Source: Zoogloeaceae bacterium
Lineage (GTDB): Bacteria; Pseudomonadota; Gammaproteobacteria; Burkholderiales; Rhodocyclaceae
Assembly (NCBI GenBank): GCA_024235595.1
Contig: JACKMC010000008.1
Coordinates: 44,482-108,481 of the forward strand
DNA: 64,000 nucleotides
Reading direction: 5' to 3'
Positions within the stretch are counted from its first letter, which is position 1. Each line of letters opens with the position of its first letter. A program made the position numbers and the translations under genes. Under the pieces are notes generated by a model that did not search any database, was not told where the DNA came from, and worked only from the letters and a program-made list of their open reading frames with translations. Shown piece by piece: positions 44,728 through 55,202 of the stretch.

Positions 44728-45868
44728 GGTCGGCTCCCGGGGCCGTCACTTCGACCGACATGCCGGTCATCGGCACGCTCGCCTGTGCCAGGGCTTCGGC
44801 CAGTTCGGCGCGGCCGCGCCGCAGTGGCTCGGCGGCGTCCTCGTCGGCCACGAAATGCAGGCTCACGCCCGCGTCGGTGAGATGCAGCCGCGCCTCGACC
44901 GCGCCGAGCTTGGGCAGGGTCAGTCGCAGGCTCGATCGCCAGCCCGCCTGCGCGGCCTCGGGGTCTTCTCCTGCGGAGTCGCCGCTGGGGTCGTCGATGT
45001 CCCACTCCACCCGCTGCCCCGGCCACGCCATGCCCTGCCAGGCATAGTGGTTGGTTGCCAGCGCATCGAGTTGCTGGTGCACCACCGGCAGCAGTCGATC
45101 GGGAATCGGCGCCGCGGCGCGTGCCTGGGCGGCAGAGGACGCTTCGGCGCGCTGGACCGTGGCCGCTTCGCCCTCGGCGAGGGCCCCGGCCGCCTGCGGG
45201 GTCGGGCTGGTCGTGCCCGTCGCGGCGGAACTTGCCGTCGTACCTGCCGTCGCGGCGGCGCCGGTTGCCGGCGGCTGCGTGCCTGCCGCGGGACTGCGAC
45301 CCTGCGGCTCACGCATCAGCGTGGCCGCGTCGGTCTCGCCCGACAGCCAGCGCGCCTGATGCGATTCATAGAACAGCCCGCTCTCCGAGATGGCCTGCTT
45401 GAGCAGCGGCGCAAGCGCCTGGCCAGCCGTGGGCGGCGCCTGCAGCAGCGGCTGGTTGGCGGCGAGGCTGGCTGGCTGCGGCGAGGGCTGTCCGGTGAGC
45501 AGGAAGCTGATCAGCTTGCCGGTCTGGCTGAGGCTGGTGCTGGCGGTGTCGGGCGCGGCCGAGGCGAGGGTGGCGATGACGGTGGACGGGGTGGCACGGG
45601 TCACCACCAGGTTCAACACGTCACCGGCCTTGGCGCTGGTGCCCTGCAGCGAGAGGTTTACCTGCTTGCCATCGACCTGGGCGCGAAATACGCCGTTGTC
45701 GCGTGCTTCCTGCAGGGTGGCGATGATCTTCTGGCCTGGCAGGAACTCCGGCAGGTCGCCGGCGATCGGCTTGACCGCGCTGGGCGCGCCCACTTCCGGC
45801 GGCTCTCTTGAAAAGAAGCTCGCCTCGGTGAGCATGCGCAGGCGGGAGGTGAGGTCGGCAGGGATCAT
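44714..45868 (-). CDS. FliK-like protein (Flg_hook C-terminal domain)
   Basis: SGLFYESH, WQGMAWPGQ, WRSSLRLTLPKLGAVEARL; paired with the FlhB-like gene. Confidence 0.8.
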   Translation of the reverse strand: MIPADLTSRLRMLTEASFFSREPPEVGAPSAVKPIAGDLPEFLPGQKIIATLQEARDNGVFRAQVDGKQVNLSLQGTSAKAGDVLNLVVTRATPSTVIATLASAAPDTASTSLSQTGKLISFLLTGQPSPQPASLAANQPLLQAPPTAGQALAPLLKQAISESGLFYESHQARWLSGETDAATLMREPQGRSPAAGTQPPATGAAATAGTTASSAATGTTSPTPQAAGALAEGEAATVQRAEASSAAQARAAAPIPDRLLPVVHQQLDALATNHYAWQGMAWPGQRVEWDIDDPSGDSAGEDPEAAQAGWRSSLRLTLPKLGAVEARLHLTDAGVSLHFVADEDAAEPLRRGRAELAEALAQASVPMTGMSVEVTAPGADHGET

Positions 45869-45914
45869 GGTTCGGCGTGTCCTTCAATGCATGACAACGC
45901 CCAGCCCCGCGGGT

Positions 45915-46250
45915 TCAGGGCTTCATTGCCCCGTAGGCGGCGCGCATGTTGCGGCTGCGGGGGTCGGTGAACAGCATCTTGCGGGCGCTGGCGAGCCAGG
46001 GCTCGAGCTCGGCGCGCACCGCCTTGTCGTCCTCGAGCATGGCGGCAATCAACTGCGCCTTGCGGCGCAGCCCCGCTTCGTCCACGTCACCGGCTTGCCG
46101 GCCCGCAGGCTCCAGTGCGGCGAGGCGTTCGCGCAGGCCCGCCTGCCGCTGCTGTAGATCGGTGAGTCGGGGCCAGTCGTTGGCGCGGGCGGCTTCGACC
46201 ATTGCGGCCGACAGGCTTGCCATCGCTTCGACGAGTTGCAGGCTGTTCAT
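45915..46250 (-). CDS. fliT: Flagellar chaperone FliT
   Basis: SAAMVEAARANDW, MLEDDKAVR; follows fliS. Confidence 0.85.
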   Translation of the reverse strand: MNSLQLVEAMASLSAAMVEAARANDWPRLTDLQQRQAGLRERLAALEPAGRQAGDVDEAGLRRKAQLIAAMLEDDKAVRAELEPWLASARKMLFTDPRSRNMRAAYGAMKP

Positions 46251-46260
46251 GGGGCTCTCC

Positions 46261-46668
46261 TCAGGCAGCGCTGGCCGCCTTGCCGTCGATCTGCGCCCAG
46301 GCCTCGCGCAGCTCGCGCAGCAGCCCGGCCACTTCGTCGAGCGCCGGGCGGCTGTTGTGCAGGTTGGCGTGCAGCAGACGCTCGGCCATGTAGTCGTACA
46401 GTGCGGCGAGCCGCTCGGAGAGTTCGCCGCCGGCCTCCATGTCGAGGCTCACCTTGAGGCCATTGACGATGATCTCGATCGCCTTGGAAATCGAGTTGCC
46501 CTTGGTGGGGACATCCTTGCTCTCGAGTGCCACGGCGGCCGTGCCGATGGCGACCAGGGCGCCATCGAAGAGCATGAGGATGAGCTTGTGGGGGTCGGCG
46601 CTGGCAACGGCGGTCTCGTTGCCGATGCGGGCGTAGGCTGCAGCGCGTCCCAAATGTGTGCCAAACAT
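46261..46668 (-). CDS. fliS: Flagellin chaperone FliS
   Basis: ADPHKLILMLFDGA, SLDMEAGGELSERLAALYDYM, REAW. Confidence 0.95.
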   Translation of the reverse strand: MFGTHLGRAAAYARIGNETAVASADPHKLILMLFDGALVAIGTAAVALESKDVPTKGNSISKAIEIIVNGLKVSLDMEAGGELSERLAALYDYMAERLLHANLHNSRPALDEVAGLLRELREAWAQIDGKAASAA

Positions 46669-46682
46669 TGCGTGGAGGCTCC

Positions 46683-48080
46683 TTAGTTGTTGCTGTTGGC
46701 TGCGCCGGGCAGGTTGGCGAGTTGTTGGGTGAGATAGTCGCTGGTCAGGGTGTAGCCCGAGATCAGGGTGTCGAGGGCGGTGAATTGCGCCGTATAGCGC
46801 GCCTCGATCAGGGTCAGCCGGGCGTTGAGTCGCTCGCGCTGGCTGTCGATGGACTTGATCGAGGTGTTGATGCCGTCGGTGCGGCCCGCGATCATGCCGT
46901 CACTGGCGATATAGCCGTCGATGCGCTCCGAGAGCAGCGTCGCAAAGCCATCGACCGTGCCGCTGCCGGCGAAGAAGGCGCCCACGTCGAGCTCCGGGTC
47001 GGCGAGTGCTGCGCTGAGCTTGGTGCTGTTGACCTCGAGCGTGCCGGTGCTGGTGAATGAAACGCCGATGTCGGACAGCCGCTGCGCACCGCCGAGGCCC
47101 GATATGGCGTTACCGAGCATGGTGCGCAATTGCGACTGGATCGAGCGCGCCGTCGAATCCCCGTTGAGGCTCGCGGCCGTCTGAGTAGTCGCGTTGTAGG
47201 CGGTGAGGCTCTTGATCGTGGTGTTGAGATTGTTGTAGGCGCTCACGAAGGCATTGATCGCCGTGGTCGCGCCGCTCCTGTCGTCGGTGATGGTGAGCGT
47301 CGAAGCATTGCCGACGTCCTGCTTGTTGAGGGTCAGCGTGACGCCGTCGATCACGTCGTCGACGGTATTGCTCGAGCGACTCACGACGATGCCATCCACA
47401 TCGAGCTGTGCGTCCTGCGCACTGGCGAGGCTGTAGACGGGATCGGTCGACACGCCGCTGGCGGTGGGGTCGACGCTGAGCCCGGTCGTTCCGGTAATCT
47501 CGAAGGCCTGCTCGGCGCCGGTGGCGTTGCCCTTGATCACGAGCTGCTTGACGGTGCCATTGTTTATCACCGACGCGGTTACGCCGAGGTTGCCGCCGTT
47601 GATCGCATCGCGGAATTCCTCGAGGCTGCCGCCGGCAAAGCTCAGCGTCTTGGCGGCCTCGCTGCCCGCGGCAAAGACCCCGCCCGTGACCTTGCCGAAG
47701 GTGATCGTGAGATCGCCCGCGCCGGGTGTGAATTCGGTCGATGCGCTGGTGGCGACGCGTTGTTCCTTGGCCAGCGCGAGCACTTCGACCGAGTAGCTGC
47801 CGGCCGTGGCCGAGGCGCTCGAGGTGGCAGAAAACGGCGCATCGGAGGCAACGCTTGCCTTGGTGGCGGTAAATTTTGCCGCATCGGTGAGCGTCTCTGC
47901 CGCGCTCTGCAGCGTTGAGAGCACCGACTTGAGCTGACCGAAGGCGGACAGTTTCGCCTGGTAGCTCGCTTCCTTGGTGGAAAGTGCGGTCAGCGGTTGC
48001 TGTTCGATCGTCATCAACTGACTGATCAGGCTCGAAATGTCCAGCCCCGAGCCGATGCCGCTTGCGGTGAGTCCTGCCAT
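46683..48080 (-). CDS. fliD: Flagellar cap protein FliD
   Basis: GIGSGLDI, KLSAFGQLKS, AQDA...SNTVDDVIDGVTLTL, RYTAQFTALD. Confidence 0.95.
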   Translation of the reverse strand: MAGLTASGIGSGLDISSLISQLMTIEQQPLTALSTKEASYQAKLSAFGQLKSVLSTLQSAAETLTDAAKFTATKASVASDAPFSATSSASATAGSYSVEVLALAKEQRVATSASTEFTPGAGDLTITFGKVTGGVFAAGSEAAKTLSFAGGSLEEFRDAINGGNLGVTASVINNGTVKQLVIKGNATGAEQAFEITGTTGLSVDPTASGVSTDPVYSLASAQDAQLDVDGIVVSRSSNTVDDVIDGVTLTLNKQDVGNASTLTITDDRSGATTAINAFVSAYNNLNTTIKSLTAYNATTQTAASLNGDSTARSIQSQLRTMLGNAISGLGGAQRLSDIGVSFTSTGTLEVNSTKLSAALADPELDVGAFFAGSGTVDGFATLLSERIDGYIASDGMIAGRTDGINTSIKSIDSQRERLNARLTLIEARYTAQFTALDTLISGYTLTSDYLTQQLANLPGAANSNN

Positions 48081-48138
48081 GATGCGTCTCCTCGGTTAGG
48101 CTGCCGCATGTCTCGCGGCGCCCGCGTGTCGAGGCTTT

Positions 48139-48516
48139 TCAGGCCTCCTGCTTGACCAGCAGACCCTGCAGTTTGCCCAGCGCCTTGGAGATCGCGAGGA
48201 TCTCTTCGCTTGGAATCTGCTTGATCACTTCGTCGGTCGATGCGTCGACGATCTTGATCACGGTCTTGCCAGTGTCGCTGTCAAGCGAGAAAAGCAGGTT
48301 CTGTGCCACCGGCTTCAGCGCTTCGCGCACTTCGTCGAGGGCCTGGTTGATCTGCTCGGCGGAAGGCGGTGCCACAGGTGCGGCCAGCTGCGGGGCTTCG
48401 GCATCCTTGGTGTCGCTGGCGGCTTCGGCGGACTGGGCCCGTGTCGCTGGACCCCCTGCCAGGCTGGAGATGTCCGTCGGCGGCGGCAGGTTCGATGCAA
48501 CTGACTGGATGGCCAT
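48139..48516 (-). CDS. flaG: FlaG-family protein
   Basis: LLFSLDSDTGKTVIKIVDASTDEVIKQIPSEE; lies between fliC and fliD. Confidence 0.92.
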   Translation of the reverse strand: MAIQSVASNLPPPTDISSLAGGPATRAQSAEAASDTKDAEAPQLAAPVAPPSAEQINQALDEVREALKPVAQNLLFSLDSDTGKTVIKIVDASTDEVIKQIPSEEILAISKALGKLQGLLVKQEA

Positions 48517-48540
48517 GATTGATTCCCTCTTCTGGGACCG

Positions 48541-48570
48541 GCGGCGCGAGGCCCTAAAGCCGCGCGCCGC
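48541..48570 (-). terminator. Hairpin downstream of fliC (attenuator or mRNA stabiliser)
   Basis: GCGGCGCG-AGGC-CCTAAA-GCCG-CGCGCCGC; no clear U-tract. Confidence 0.5.
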
Positions 48571-48593
48571 TGGGTCCGACGGCTAAGTGGGGC

Positions 48594-49742
48594 TTACTGC
48601 AAGAGGCTCAGCACGTTCTGCGGCAACGCGTTCGCCTGGGCAAGCATCGCGGTACCGGCCTGCTGCAGGATCTGGCTGCGCGACAGGTTGGCCGTTTCCG
48701 AAGCGAAATCGGCATCCTGGATCCGGCCGCGGGAAGCGGACAGGTTCTCTGAAGCAGTCTGAAGGTTGGCAACAGTCGAACTGAAGCGGTTCTGGATCGC
48801 ACCCAGGTTGGCGCGCGAGGTATTGACCGACTTCAGCGCGTTGTCAATCTGGGTGATCGTCTCCTGAGCGTTGGTGAAAGACGAGACGGTCAGACCGCCA
48901 ATGCCCGTGGTGGTGGTGGTGGTTCCCGTGGCCGCGTTGTCGAAGCCCGCTATCGTTGCATCGTCCGTTCCACCCGAGATCGCGAAGGCGGCGCTCGATG
49001 TCAAGGTCATTTGGCCCGAAACGGAATCGTAGGATGCACCAACGCCAGTAGTGGCCGATACCCGGTTGATTGCCTCGGTCAGTTGCCCCGCGCGCTCCTG
49101 AGCGTTGGCTGCACCCGCAATTGCGCCAATGCTGGTGCCGTTGATCATTACATCTCCGTCCGCGATCGCAGTTGCAAATCCGGTTATGGTAGAGACTGCA
49201 ACTGCATCGGTCGTCCGCGACAGGGTCCCGCCGAGTGAAGCGGTCTGCGCGTTGGCAATCGAGGAAATGTTGATCGTTTCGCCTGCATTTGCGCCGATCT
49301 GGAACGCGACGCCGGAGAAGCTGCCGTCGAGCAGTTTCGTTCCGTTGAAGGAAGTCTGCTCGGCAACCCGCTGAATTTCGCTCTGAAGTTGCAATACTTC
49401 AGCTTGCAGCGCGTCGCGGTCTTCTTGCGAGTTGGTTCCGTTGGAGGCCTGCACCGCCAGCTCGCGAATCCGCTGCAGGTTGTTGCCCACTTCACTCAGC
49501 GCACCTTCAGCCGTCTGTGCGAGGGAAATGCCATCGTTGGCATTGCGGGTCGCCTGATTCAGGCCATTGATCTGCGAGGTCATGCGCTCGGAAATGGCGA
49601 GACCGGCTGCATCGTCCTTGGCGCTGTTGATGCGAAGGCCGGAAGAGAGGCGCTCAAGCGAAGTCGCCAGCGAGGACTGGGAGCTGTTCAGGTTACGTTG
49701 CGCGTTGAGGGAAGCAACGTTAGTATTGATCGTCTGTGCCAT
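48594..49742 (-). CDS. fliC: Flagellin
   Basis: [62 protein letters not shown]. Confidence 0.97.
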   Translation of the reverse strand: MAQTINTNVASLNAQRNLNSSQSSLATSLERLSSGLRINSAKDDAAGLAISERMTSQINGLNQATRNANDGISLAQTAEGALSEVGNNLQRIRELAVQASNGTNSQEDRDALQAEVLQLQSEIQRVAEQTSFNGTKLLDGSFSGVAFQIGANAGETINISSIANAQTASLGGTLSRTTDAVAVSTITGFATAIADGDVMINGTSIGAIAGAANAQERAGQLTEAINRVSATTGVGASYDSVSGQMTLTSSAAFAISGGTDDATIAGFDNAATGTTTTTTGIGGLTVSSFTNAQETITQIDNALKSVNTSRANLGAIQNRFSSTVANLQTASENLSASRGRIQDADFASETANLSRSQILQQAGTAMLAQANALPQNVLSLLQ

Positions 49743-49840
49743 TTTCAATTCTCCTTACGAGAGATCAGTTTCCGACAGCTGCAGCCCCTGAGAAGATTTG
49801 GCGATCCGCTTGGGCATTGATGTTGCAGCCGTTGAGATGA

Positions 49841-49867
49841 TTTACGGAGTAGGCAGGAAAAACTTTA
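49841..49867 (-). promoter_or_regulatory. Sigma28 promoter of fliC
   Basis: Minus strand TAAA-N15-TCCGTAAA with an extended TAAAGTTT -35. Confidence 0.7.
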
Positions 49868-50313
49868 GAGCGAGGCGCTTGCCTCGCTTTTTTCATGCCC
49901 GAACGGTTTTCGTGAACGTTTTTTCGGGCAAACGATTGCCGTGCATGGGTTTGCAGCGAGATGGTGTCCTTCGCCTTCAGGGGCGCTGCCCTGCGGGCGG
50001 ATGGCTCGTACAAAAATCATCTGCTGGTGATACGTCCTGAAACACTTGCGAAGGCCCATGCAGACCAGTCGGCTGGAGGCGGGCGAGCACCCGGGAACGC
50101 CGCGTGGCGGGGGAGCCGCGTTCGAATGCGACCGCCCGGTGTGCTTGCCCATGAGCGCGGCGCCATGTTGCTGCAATCGCTGCGCCGGGCACCGGCCGGT
50201 GCCGGTGCAACGCACATGGGATGTCGATCGCGGCAACGACGAAGCGGGCGCGCGGCCGGCCACGCTTCGGCTGAAGCCGGTTGGCGGCAGGGGGGAGGAG
50301 CCGAAGTGCGGGC

Positions 50314-50961
50314 TCAGAGCATCGCCGCGAGGGCCGCGGGGTTCTTGGCCATGCGCCAGTCGGGGCGCAGCTCTGCGGCGGTGAGCGCGCCATATCCCCA
50401 GGTCGCGGCAATGAAGGGCAGGGCGTTGGCTTCGGCCGAGCTGCCGTCTTCTTCGCGGTCGCCGATGTAGAGCGCGTCACCGAGCGGGATCTGCCGGTCC
50501 TCGAGCAGGCGCCTGATCATCGCGGCCTTGTCCTTCAGGCGCGGTTCGAACAGATCCAGGGCATAGACGTTCTCGAACAGCCCGGCCCAGCCGAGGTGCC
50601 GGAGGATCAGCCTGGTGGGGTGGATGCGCTTGTTGGTGGCGATGTGCAGGGTGCGGCCGCGGGCGGCGAGGCCGGCGAGCATTTCACCGACGCCCTCGTA
50701 GGCGCGGGTCTCGAGCAGGCCGGTGCTGTCATAGCTGGCCTTGAAGGCGGCGGCGAGGCGCTCGGTGGTGGCCGCTTCGGTGCTGCCGCTCAGCAGCTGC
50801 AGCGTTTCAAGCAGCGGTGGCCCGATCACCGACTCGTCGATGGGCACCGCAGGCGTGATGCCGGTGGTGGCGAAGGCCTCGCGGAAGCTGGCGAGGATGG
50901 CTGGGGCGGAGTCGATCAGGGTGCCGTCGAGATCGAAGATGAGGTGTTGATAGCGTGACAT
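50314..50961 (-). CDS. HAD-family hydrolase (phosphoglycolate phosphatase-like)
   Basis: FDLDGTLIDS, IGPPL, IATNK, YIGDREED, WGYG. Confidence 0.88.
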   Translation of the reverse strand: MSRYQHLIFDLDGTLIDSAPAILASFREAFATTGITPAVPIDESVIGPPLLETLQLLSGSTEAATTERLAAAFKASYDSTGLLETRAYEGVGEMLAGLAARGRTLHIATNKRIHPTRLILRHLGWAGLFENVYALDLFEPRLKDKAAMIRRLLEDRQIPLGDALYIGDREEDGSSAEANALPFIAATWGYGALTAAELRPDWRMAKNPAALAAML

Positions 50962-51031
50962 GGGGCGACCTGCAGTGCTGGAGGCGGCATTGTCACGCCA
51001 TTGCCGCGGCGGGTCGAGTGTGGCGCGGAGC

Positions 51032-52789
51032 CTATGCAGTGAAAACGCGATTCTTGCCGGCGCGCTTGGCGGCATACATGGCACGGTCGGCGCGGTCGAT
51101 GGCCGCGGCGGCTTCTTCGTCGTCCTTGAGCCGTGTGATGCCGGCGCTGAAGGTGATCAGCAGGCGCTGGTTGTTGGCCAGGAAGTAGCGCTTGGTGAGC
51201 TCGCGCTGCAGTCGGGTGAGCGTGGCGTTGGCGCTGTCGACGTCGGTATCGGGCAGCACGATGAGGAACTCCTCGCCGCCGTAGCGTCCCACGCAGTCCT
51301 GCGGACGCAGGCTGCTGCGGACCACTTCCGAGAGGTGGCGCAGCGCATCGTCACCGGTCTTGTGGCCGAAGGTGTCGTTGAGGTTCTTGAAATTGTCCAC
51401 GTCGAGCAGCGCCAGCGAGAGCGGCGTGCCGCGACGGCGTGCGCGGGCGATCTCGCGCGCCAGCGCTTCGTCGAGGCCCTTGCGGTTGAGCGTGCCGGTG
51501 AGCGGGTCGTGGCGGACCAGCTCGCTGGCGGCATCGAGGTCGCGTTGCAGACGCGAGATCTCGCCGTTGGCGCGGTCGACCTCGGCGCGCAATTCACCGA
51601 GCTCCTCGCGCGAGCGCTGGGTGCTCTGCTGGGTGGCGCGGGTCTCGCGCAGGATGTCCTCGACCACGTCCGAGAGTTGTGTGATGTCGTCGGCCTCGCC
51701 GATGCGCTTGGCACAGGTTTCGAGTTTGTCGTGATAGTCACCGGTTTCTTCGCTGAAGGCGGCGAGCCGGTCCACGAAGCCGGCGAGCATGAGTTTGAGG
51801 CGTTGCTGGGCGTCGGAGAGCTCGCGCTTGAGATGGCTCTGCTTTTCGATCACGTCGCGCAGGCGGCGCTCCACGGCGTCGAGCGCGCGGATGTCGAGCG
51901 GGCCGGCGAAGGTGTCGCGAATCACGCTCAACTGGCCGTGCAGCCAGCGATCGTCCTGTACCAGGTCGCTGATGTTCTGGAGCACCAGTTGCAGCAGGCT
52001 CACCAGGCCGTGACGCACTGCGCGCTGGTCTTCACCCACCCACTCGAGGCGCAGGGTGAGGGTTTCGAGGCGCTGGCGGGTTTCGTCATTTTGCAGATCC
52101 GTGGGGTTGGCTCGAACGGTGCTGGCGAACTGGTGGACTTCGGCGACCAGTTCGGGGAGTTCGAGTATCAGCGGTTCGACACCTGCTTCGAGCACTCGCG
52201 CCAGCAGTGCGGCGAGCGGAATGCGCGGATCGGTGTCGCCCGCGCTTGCCACGCCGATTTCGTTCGGCGCGGCTGCGACGGGCGGGGTGGCGGTACTCTC
52301 GTGGTTGCCGTTACGTTGCTGGGTCCAGTTCTTGAGCAGGCCCGTGAGGCGCTGGAAGAGCAGGGTGTTGTCGCCCGATCCGGATGCCACATGCAGCAGG
52401 GCCTCGCGTTTACGTGCGGTGGTGAGGCCCTGGTGAGGCCGTTCGAATTCGGTCAGGATCTCGCGCAGCAGGGGGCCGAGCTCGGGATGGCCGGCGGCCG
52501 ATGCCTGGGCCATTTCCACCACGGCCTTGCGAAGCGCCGACCAGTCGGAAGCAGCGACCGCGTGTTCGAAGCCGCGCGCGAGGCGGGCGGCTTCGGGGCT
52601 GGTGCGCGGGAGCGCGACCGCGATCGACTTGAGGTTGCGCGTCGGAAAGCGCTCGTCCGCAGGTGCGCCGGCGATCTCGTGATAGAGCATCTCGAAATTG
52701 TCCGGAGTCGGCGTGATTCTGCGCATGGCAAGGCGACGCAGGGCCTCTCGGGCAATTTCGGAAGGACTTTGCTTGTGGTCGTCCGTCAT
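51032..52789 (-). CDS. Cytoplasmic diguanylate cyclase
   Basis: HDPLTGTLNR, DVDNFKNLNDTFGH, RPQD I-site, RYGGEEF; long helical N-terminus. Confidence 0.93.
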   Translation of the reverse strand: MTDDHKQSPSEIAREALRRLAMRRITPTPDNFEMLYHEIAGAPADERFPTRNLKSIAVALPRTSPEAARLARGFEHAVAASDWSALRKAVVEMAQASAAGHPELGPLLREILTEFERPHQGLTTARKREALLHVASGSGDNTLLFQRLTGLLKNWTQQRNGNHESTATPPVAAAPNEIGVASAGDTDPRIPLAALLARVLEAGVEPLILELPELVAEVHQFASTVRANPTDLQNDETRQRLETLTLRLEWVGEDQRAVRHGLVSLLQLVLQNISDLVQDDRWLHGQLSVIRDTFAGPLDIRALDAVERRLRDVIEKQSHLKRELSDAQQRLKLMLAGFVDRLAAFSEETGDYHDKLETCAKRIGEADDITQLSDVVEDILRETRATQQSTQRSREELGELRAEVDRANGEISRLQRDLDAASELVRHDPLTGTLNRKGLDEALAREIARARRRGTPLSLALLDVDNFKNLNDTFGHKTGDDALRHLSEVVRSSLRPQDCVGRYGGEEFLIVLPDTDVDSANATLTRLQRELTKRYFLANNQRLLITFSAGITRLKDDEEAAAAIDRADRAMYAAKRAGKNRVFTA

Positions 52790-52853
52790 GATGCGCTGTC
52801 GGGATGGGGTGACCTGCAGCTACGGCAGATGCGCCCGAAACTTGAGCCCGGCG

Positions 52854-53495
52854 CTATTCGACCAATCCGTGCTTCAGGCCGTAGTGGGTGAGCTCGGCAT
52901 TGTTGCTGAGCCGCATCTTCTCCAGCAGTCGGGCGCGATAGACGCTCACGGTCTTGACCGAAAGGTTCAATTCCTCGGCGATCTGCGTGGGAGTGCGTCC
53001 CGAGGCGATCAGGCACAGGGTCTGGTACTCGCGGTCCGAGAGCTTTTCGTGCGGCGGACGGTCGGAGTCGTCGGTGATGGCATTGGCAAGCTCTTCGGCT
53101 AGCGAGGCGGAGACGTACTTCTTGCCGCTCGCCACCTGGCGGATTGCGGTGACGAGTTGTTCGGGCGCGCTTTGCTTGTTGAGATAGCCGGCCGCGCCGG
53201 CCTTGAGCGCTCGAATCGCGTATTGCTCTTCGGGGTACATGCTGAGCATCAGAACCGGAATGCGCGGGTATTCCTTGCGCATCATCTTGAGCGCATCGAT
53301 GCCGTTGCGGTCGGGCATGGATACATCCATGAGCACGACGTCGAAGTGGTTCTTGCGTACCTGCTGCAGCGCTTCGATGCCGTTCGCGGCTTCTCCGGCG
53401 ACTTCGAGATCTTCGGTGTCGGACAGGATCTGTCGCAGGCCCTGACGCACGATCGCATGATCATCGGCAATGAGGACACGGATCTGCTTGCTCAT
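52854..53495 (-). CDS. NarL/UvrY-family response regulator
   Basis: ADDHAIVRQGL, MDVSMP, LSDRE...LSVKTVSVYRAR. Confidence 0.93.
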   Translation of the reverse strand: MSKQIRVLIADDHAIVRQGLRQILSDTEDLEVAGEAANGIEALQQVRKNHFDVVLMDVSMPDRNGIDALKMMRKEYPRIPVLMLSMYPEEQYAIRALKAGAAGYLNKQSAPEQLVTAIRQVASGKKYVSASLAEELANAITDDSDRPPHEKLSDREYQTLCLIASGRTPTQIAEELNLSVKTVSVYRARLLEKMRLSNNAELTHYGLKHGLVE

Positions 53496-55021
53496 GGTCG
53501 GGCCTCGGAGGGTGTGGTGGTCTTCGGTGTTGCATCGCCAAGCGGCAGGCGCAACTGCATGTGGGTGCCGCGCTTGCCCATGCCGTCGAGCGAGAGAGTA
53601 CCGCCAAGGCTCGCAATGCGCTCGCGAATGCCGCGCAGGCCGAAGGATTTCGGCTTGTTGAGATCTTTCGGCGCGATGCCCTTGCCGTCGTCGCTGATCT
53701 CGAGCAGCAACTCGTCGCCTTCGTGCATCAGGCGCACGTCTACCCGGCTCGCACCGGCATGCTTGCTGATGTTGGTGAGTGCTTCCTGGACGATCCTGAA
53801 CAGCGCGATCGAGGTCTCCTCGGGCAAGTCGATGTCATGGTCGGCGCAAAGGACTTCACAAGGCGTGCCGGTGCGACCCGAGAAATCCTCAGCCTGGCCT
53901 TCGATGGCGGCGGCGAGCCCGAAGTCGCGCAGGATGCCGGGCCGCAGCTCGCGCGTTACCCGGCTTACCGTGGCAATCGCTTCGTCCACCAGGGCGCTGA
54001 TCGACTGCACCCGCGCCTCGATGCCCTCGCGGGGGCCATCGAGCCGGCCGGCCAGCAAGGCGGTCTCGAACTTCATCGCCACCAGGTCTCCACCGAGCAC
54101 ATCGTGCACGTCCCTGGCAATGCGCTCGCGCTCTTCTTCCTTGACGTGCTGGAGGTGGGCGGACAGCGCGGCGAGCTGTTGCTGCGAGGCCCGCAGTTCC
54201 TCTTCAACCCGCTTGCTGTGGGTGATGTTCCACATGACGCCTTCCCAGAACGGCTTGCCATCGTCCTGGGCACGCAGCGAGGCGCGCAGGTTGATCCACT
54301 TGACGTCGTGCTGCGGGGTGAGGATGCGGCCTTCCCAGTTGAGCTTCGCGCCTTCGCGCGCGGAGACTTCGACCGCATCGGCAAATGGCTCGCGGTCGGC
54401 CTCGAGCAGCAGCGAGGAGAAGCGCATGGTCTCGGCCATGAGTTCGTCCGGGCTCAGCCCGAGCAGCATCTCGCAGGCTTCGCTGGCATAGGTGAAGCGC
54501 AGTCCGCGTGCCGCACAACTGCGCATCTGGAAAATGACGCCGGGCGTGCTGGCGGCCAGGGAACGCAGCCGCGCCTCGCTCTCCTGCAGCGTGGCAAGGG
54601 CCTGGCGCCGTTCGCGCCGGTTGCGGGCCTCGCGCAGTTCCCGCTCCACCGCCGGCAGCAGGCGCTCGAGGTTGTTCTTGTTGAGATAATCGTGCGCGCC
54701 GGCACGCATTGCGGAAACCGCCGTGTCTTCGTTGATGTGGCCCGAGACGATGATGAATGGCACGTCGAGGTTGCCCGCCTTGATGATCTCGAGCGCCGCC
54801 AGGGCATCGAAGCAAGGCATGCTGTGGTCGCAGATGATGATGTCCCACTCGTCCGCCTGCAGCGCTCGCGCCAACGCCGATGCAGTGCAGAGGCGTTCGC
54901 TGCGTACCCGGTAGCCCGCCCGGTGAAAGCGGCGCAGCAGCAACAGCGCATCGTCCTCGTTGTCTTCGATCATCAGGATGGCGAGCGAGGCGGGCTGATC
55001 TGCGGGGAGTGCTTGAGGCAT
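53492..55021 (-). CDS. Soluble hybrid histidine kinase (REC-PAS-HisKA_3-HATPase)
   Basis: IEDNEDD/CDHSMP receiver domain, PAS segment, ERERIARDVHD, QEALTNISKHA, DDGKG, FGLRGIRER. Confidence 0.9.
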   Translation of the reverse strand: MPQALPADQPASLAILMIEDNEDDALLLLRRFHRAGYRVRSERLCTASALARALQADEWDIIICDHSMPCFDALAALEIIKAGNLDVPFIIVSGHINEDTAVSAMRAGAHDYLNKNNLERLLPAVERELREARNRRERRQALATLQESEARLRSLAASTPGVIFQMRSCAARGLRFTYASEACEMLLGLSPDELMAETMRFSSLLLEADREPFADAVEVSAREGAKLNWEGRILTPQHDVKWINLRASLRAQDDGKPFWEGVMWNITHSKRVEEELRASQQQLAALSAHLQHVKEEERERIARDVHDVLGGDLVAMKFETALLAGRLDGPREGIEARVQSISALVDEAIATVSRVTRELRPGILRDFGLAAAIEGQAEDFSGRTGTPCEVLCADHDIDLPEETSIALFRIVQEALTNISKHAGASRVDVRLMHEGDELLLEISDDGKGIAPKDLNKPKSFGLRGIRERIASLGGTLSLDGMGKRGTHMQLRLPLGDATPKTTTPSEARP

Positions 55022-55202
55022 GTCGTCTGCGTTGCGGTGGGGGTATCCGGATTATGCCGTTGCAGCGTGACCTCTCCAAGCGGCGCACCGTCAGCTTCGA
55101 TCTCGGTGGACCCGGATTCGGATATAATCAGCGCGCTTCGCGAGTCCGGCACCTTTCAAGGTCCGGCACGCGTCTCGCCTCGGGCTTCGGCCTGTCGGCG
55201 GC

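Noticed and set aside
44383-45868. FliK-like plus stand-alone FlhB-like pair as a novel secretion module
   Set aside because: This pairing is a known, common feature of flagellar loci
49895-49970. c-di-GMP riboswitch near fliC suggested by GGGCAAAC
   Set aside because: It is on the wrong strand, lies upstream of the sigma28 promoter and lacks the second GEMM hairpin
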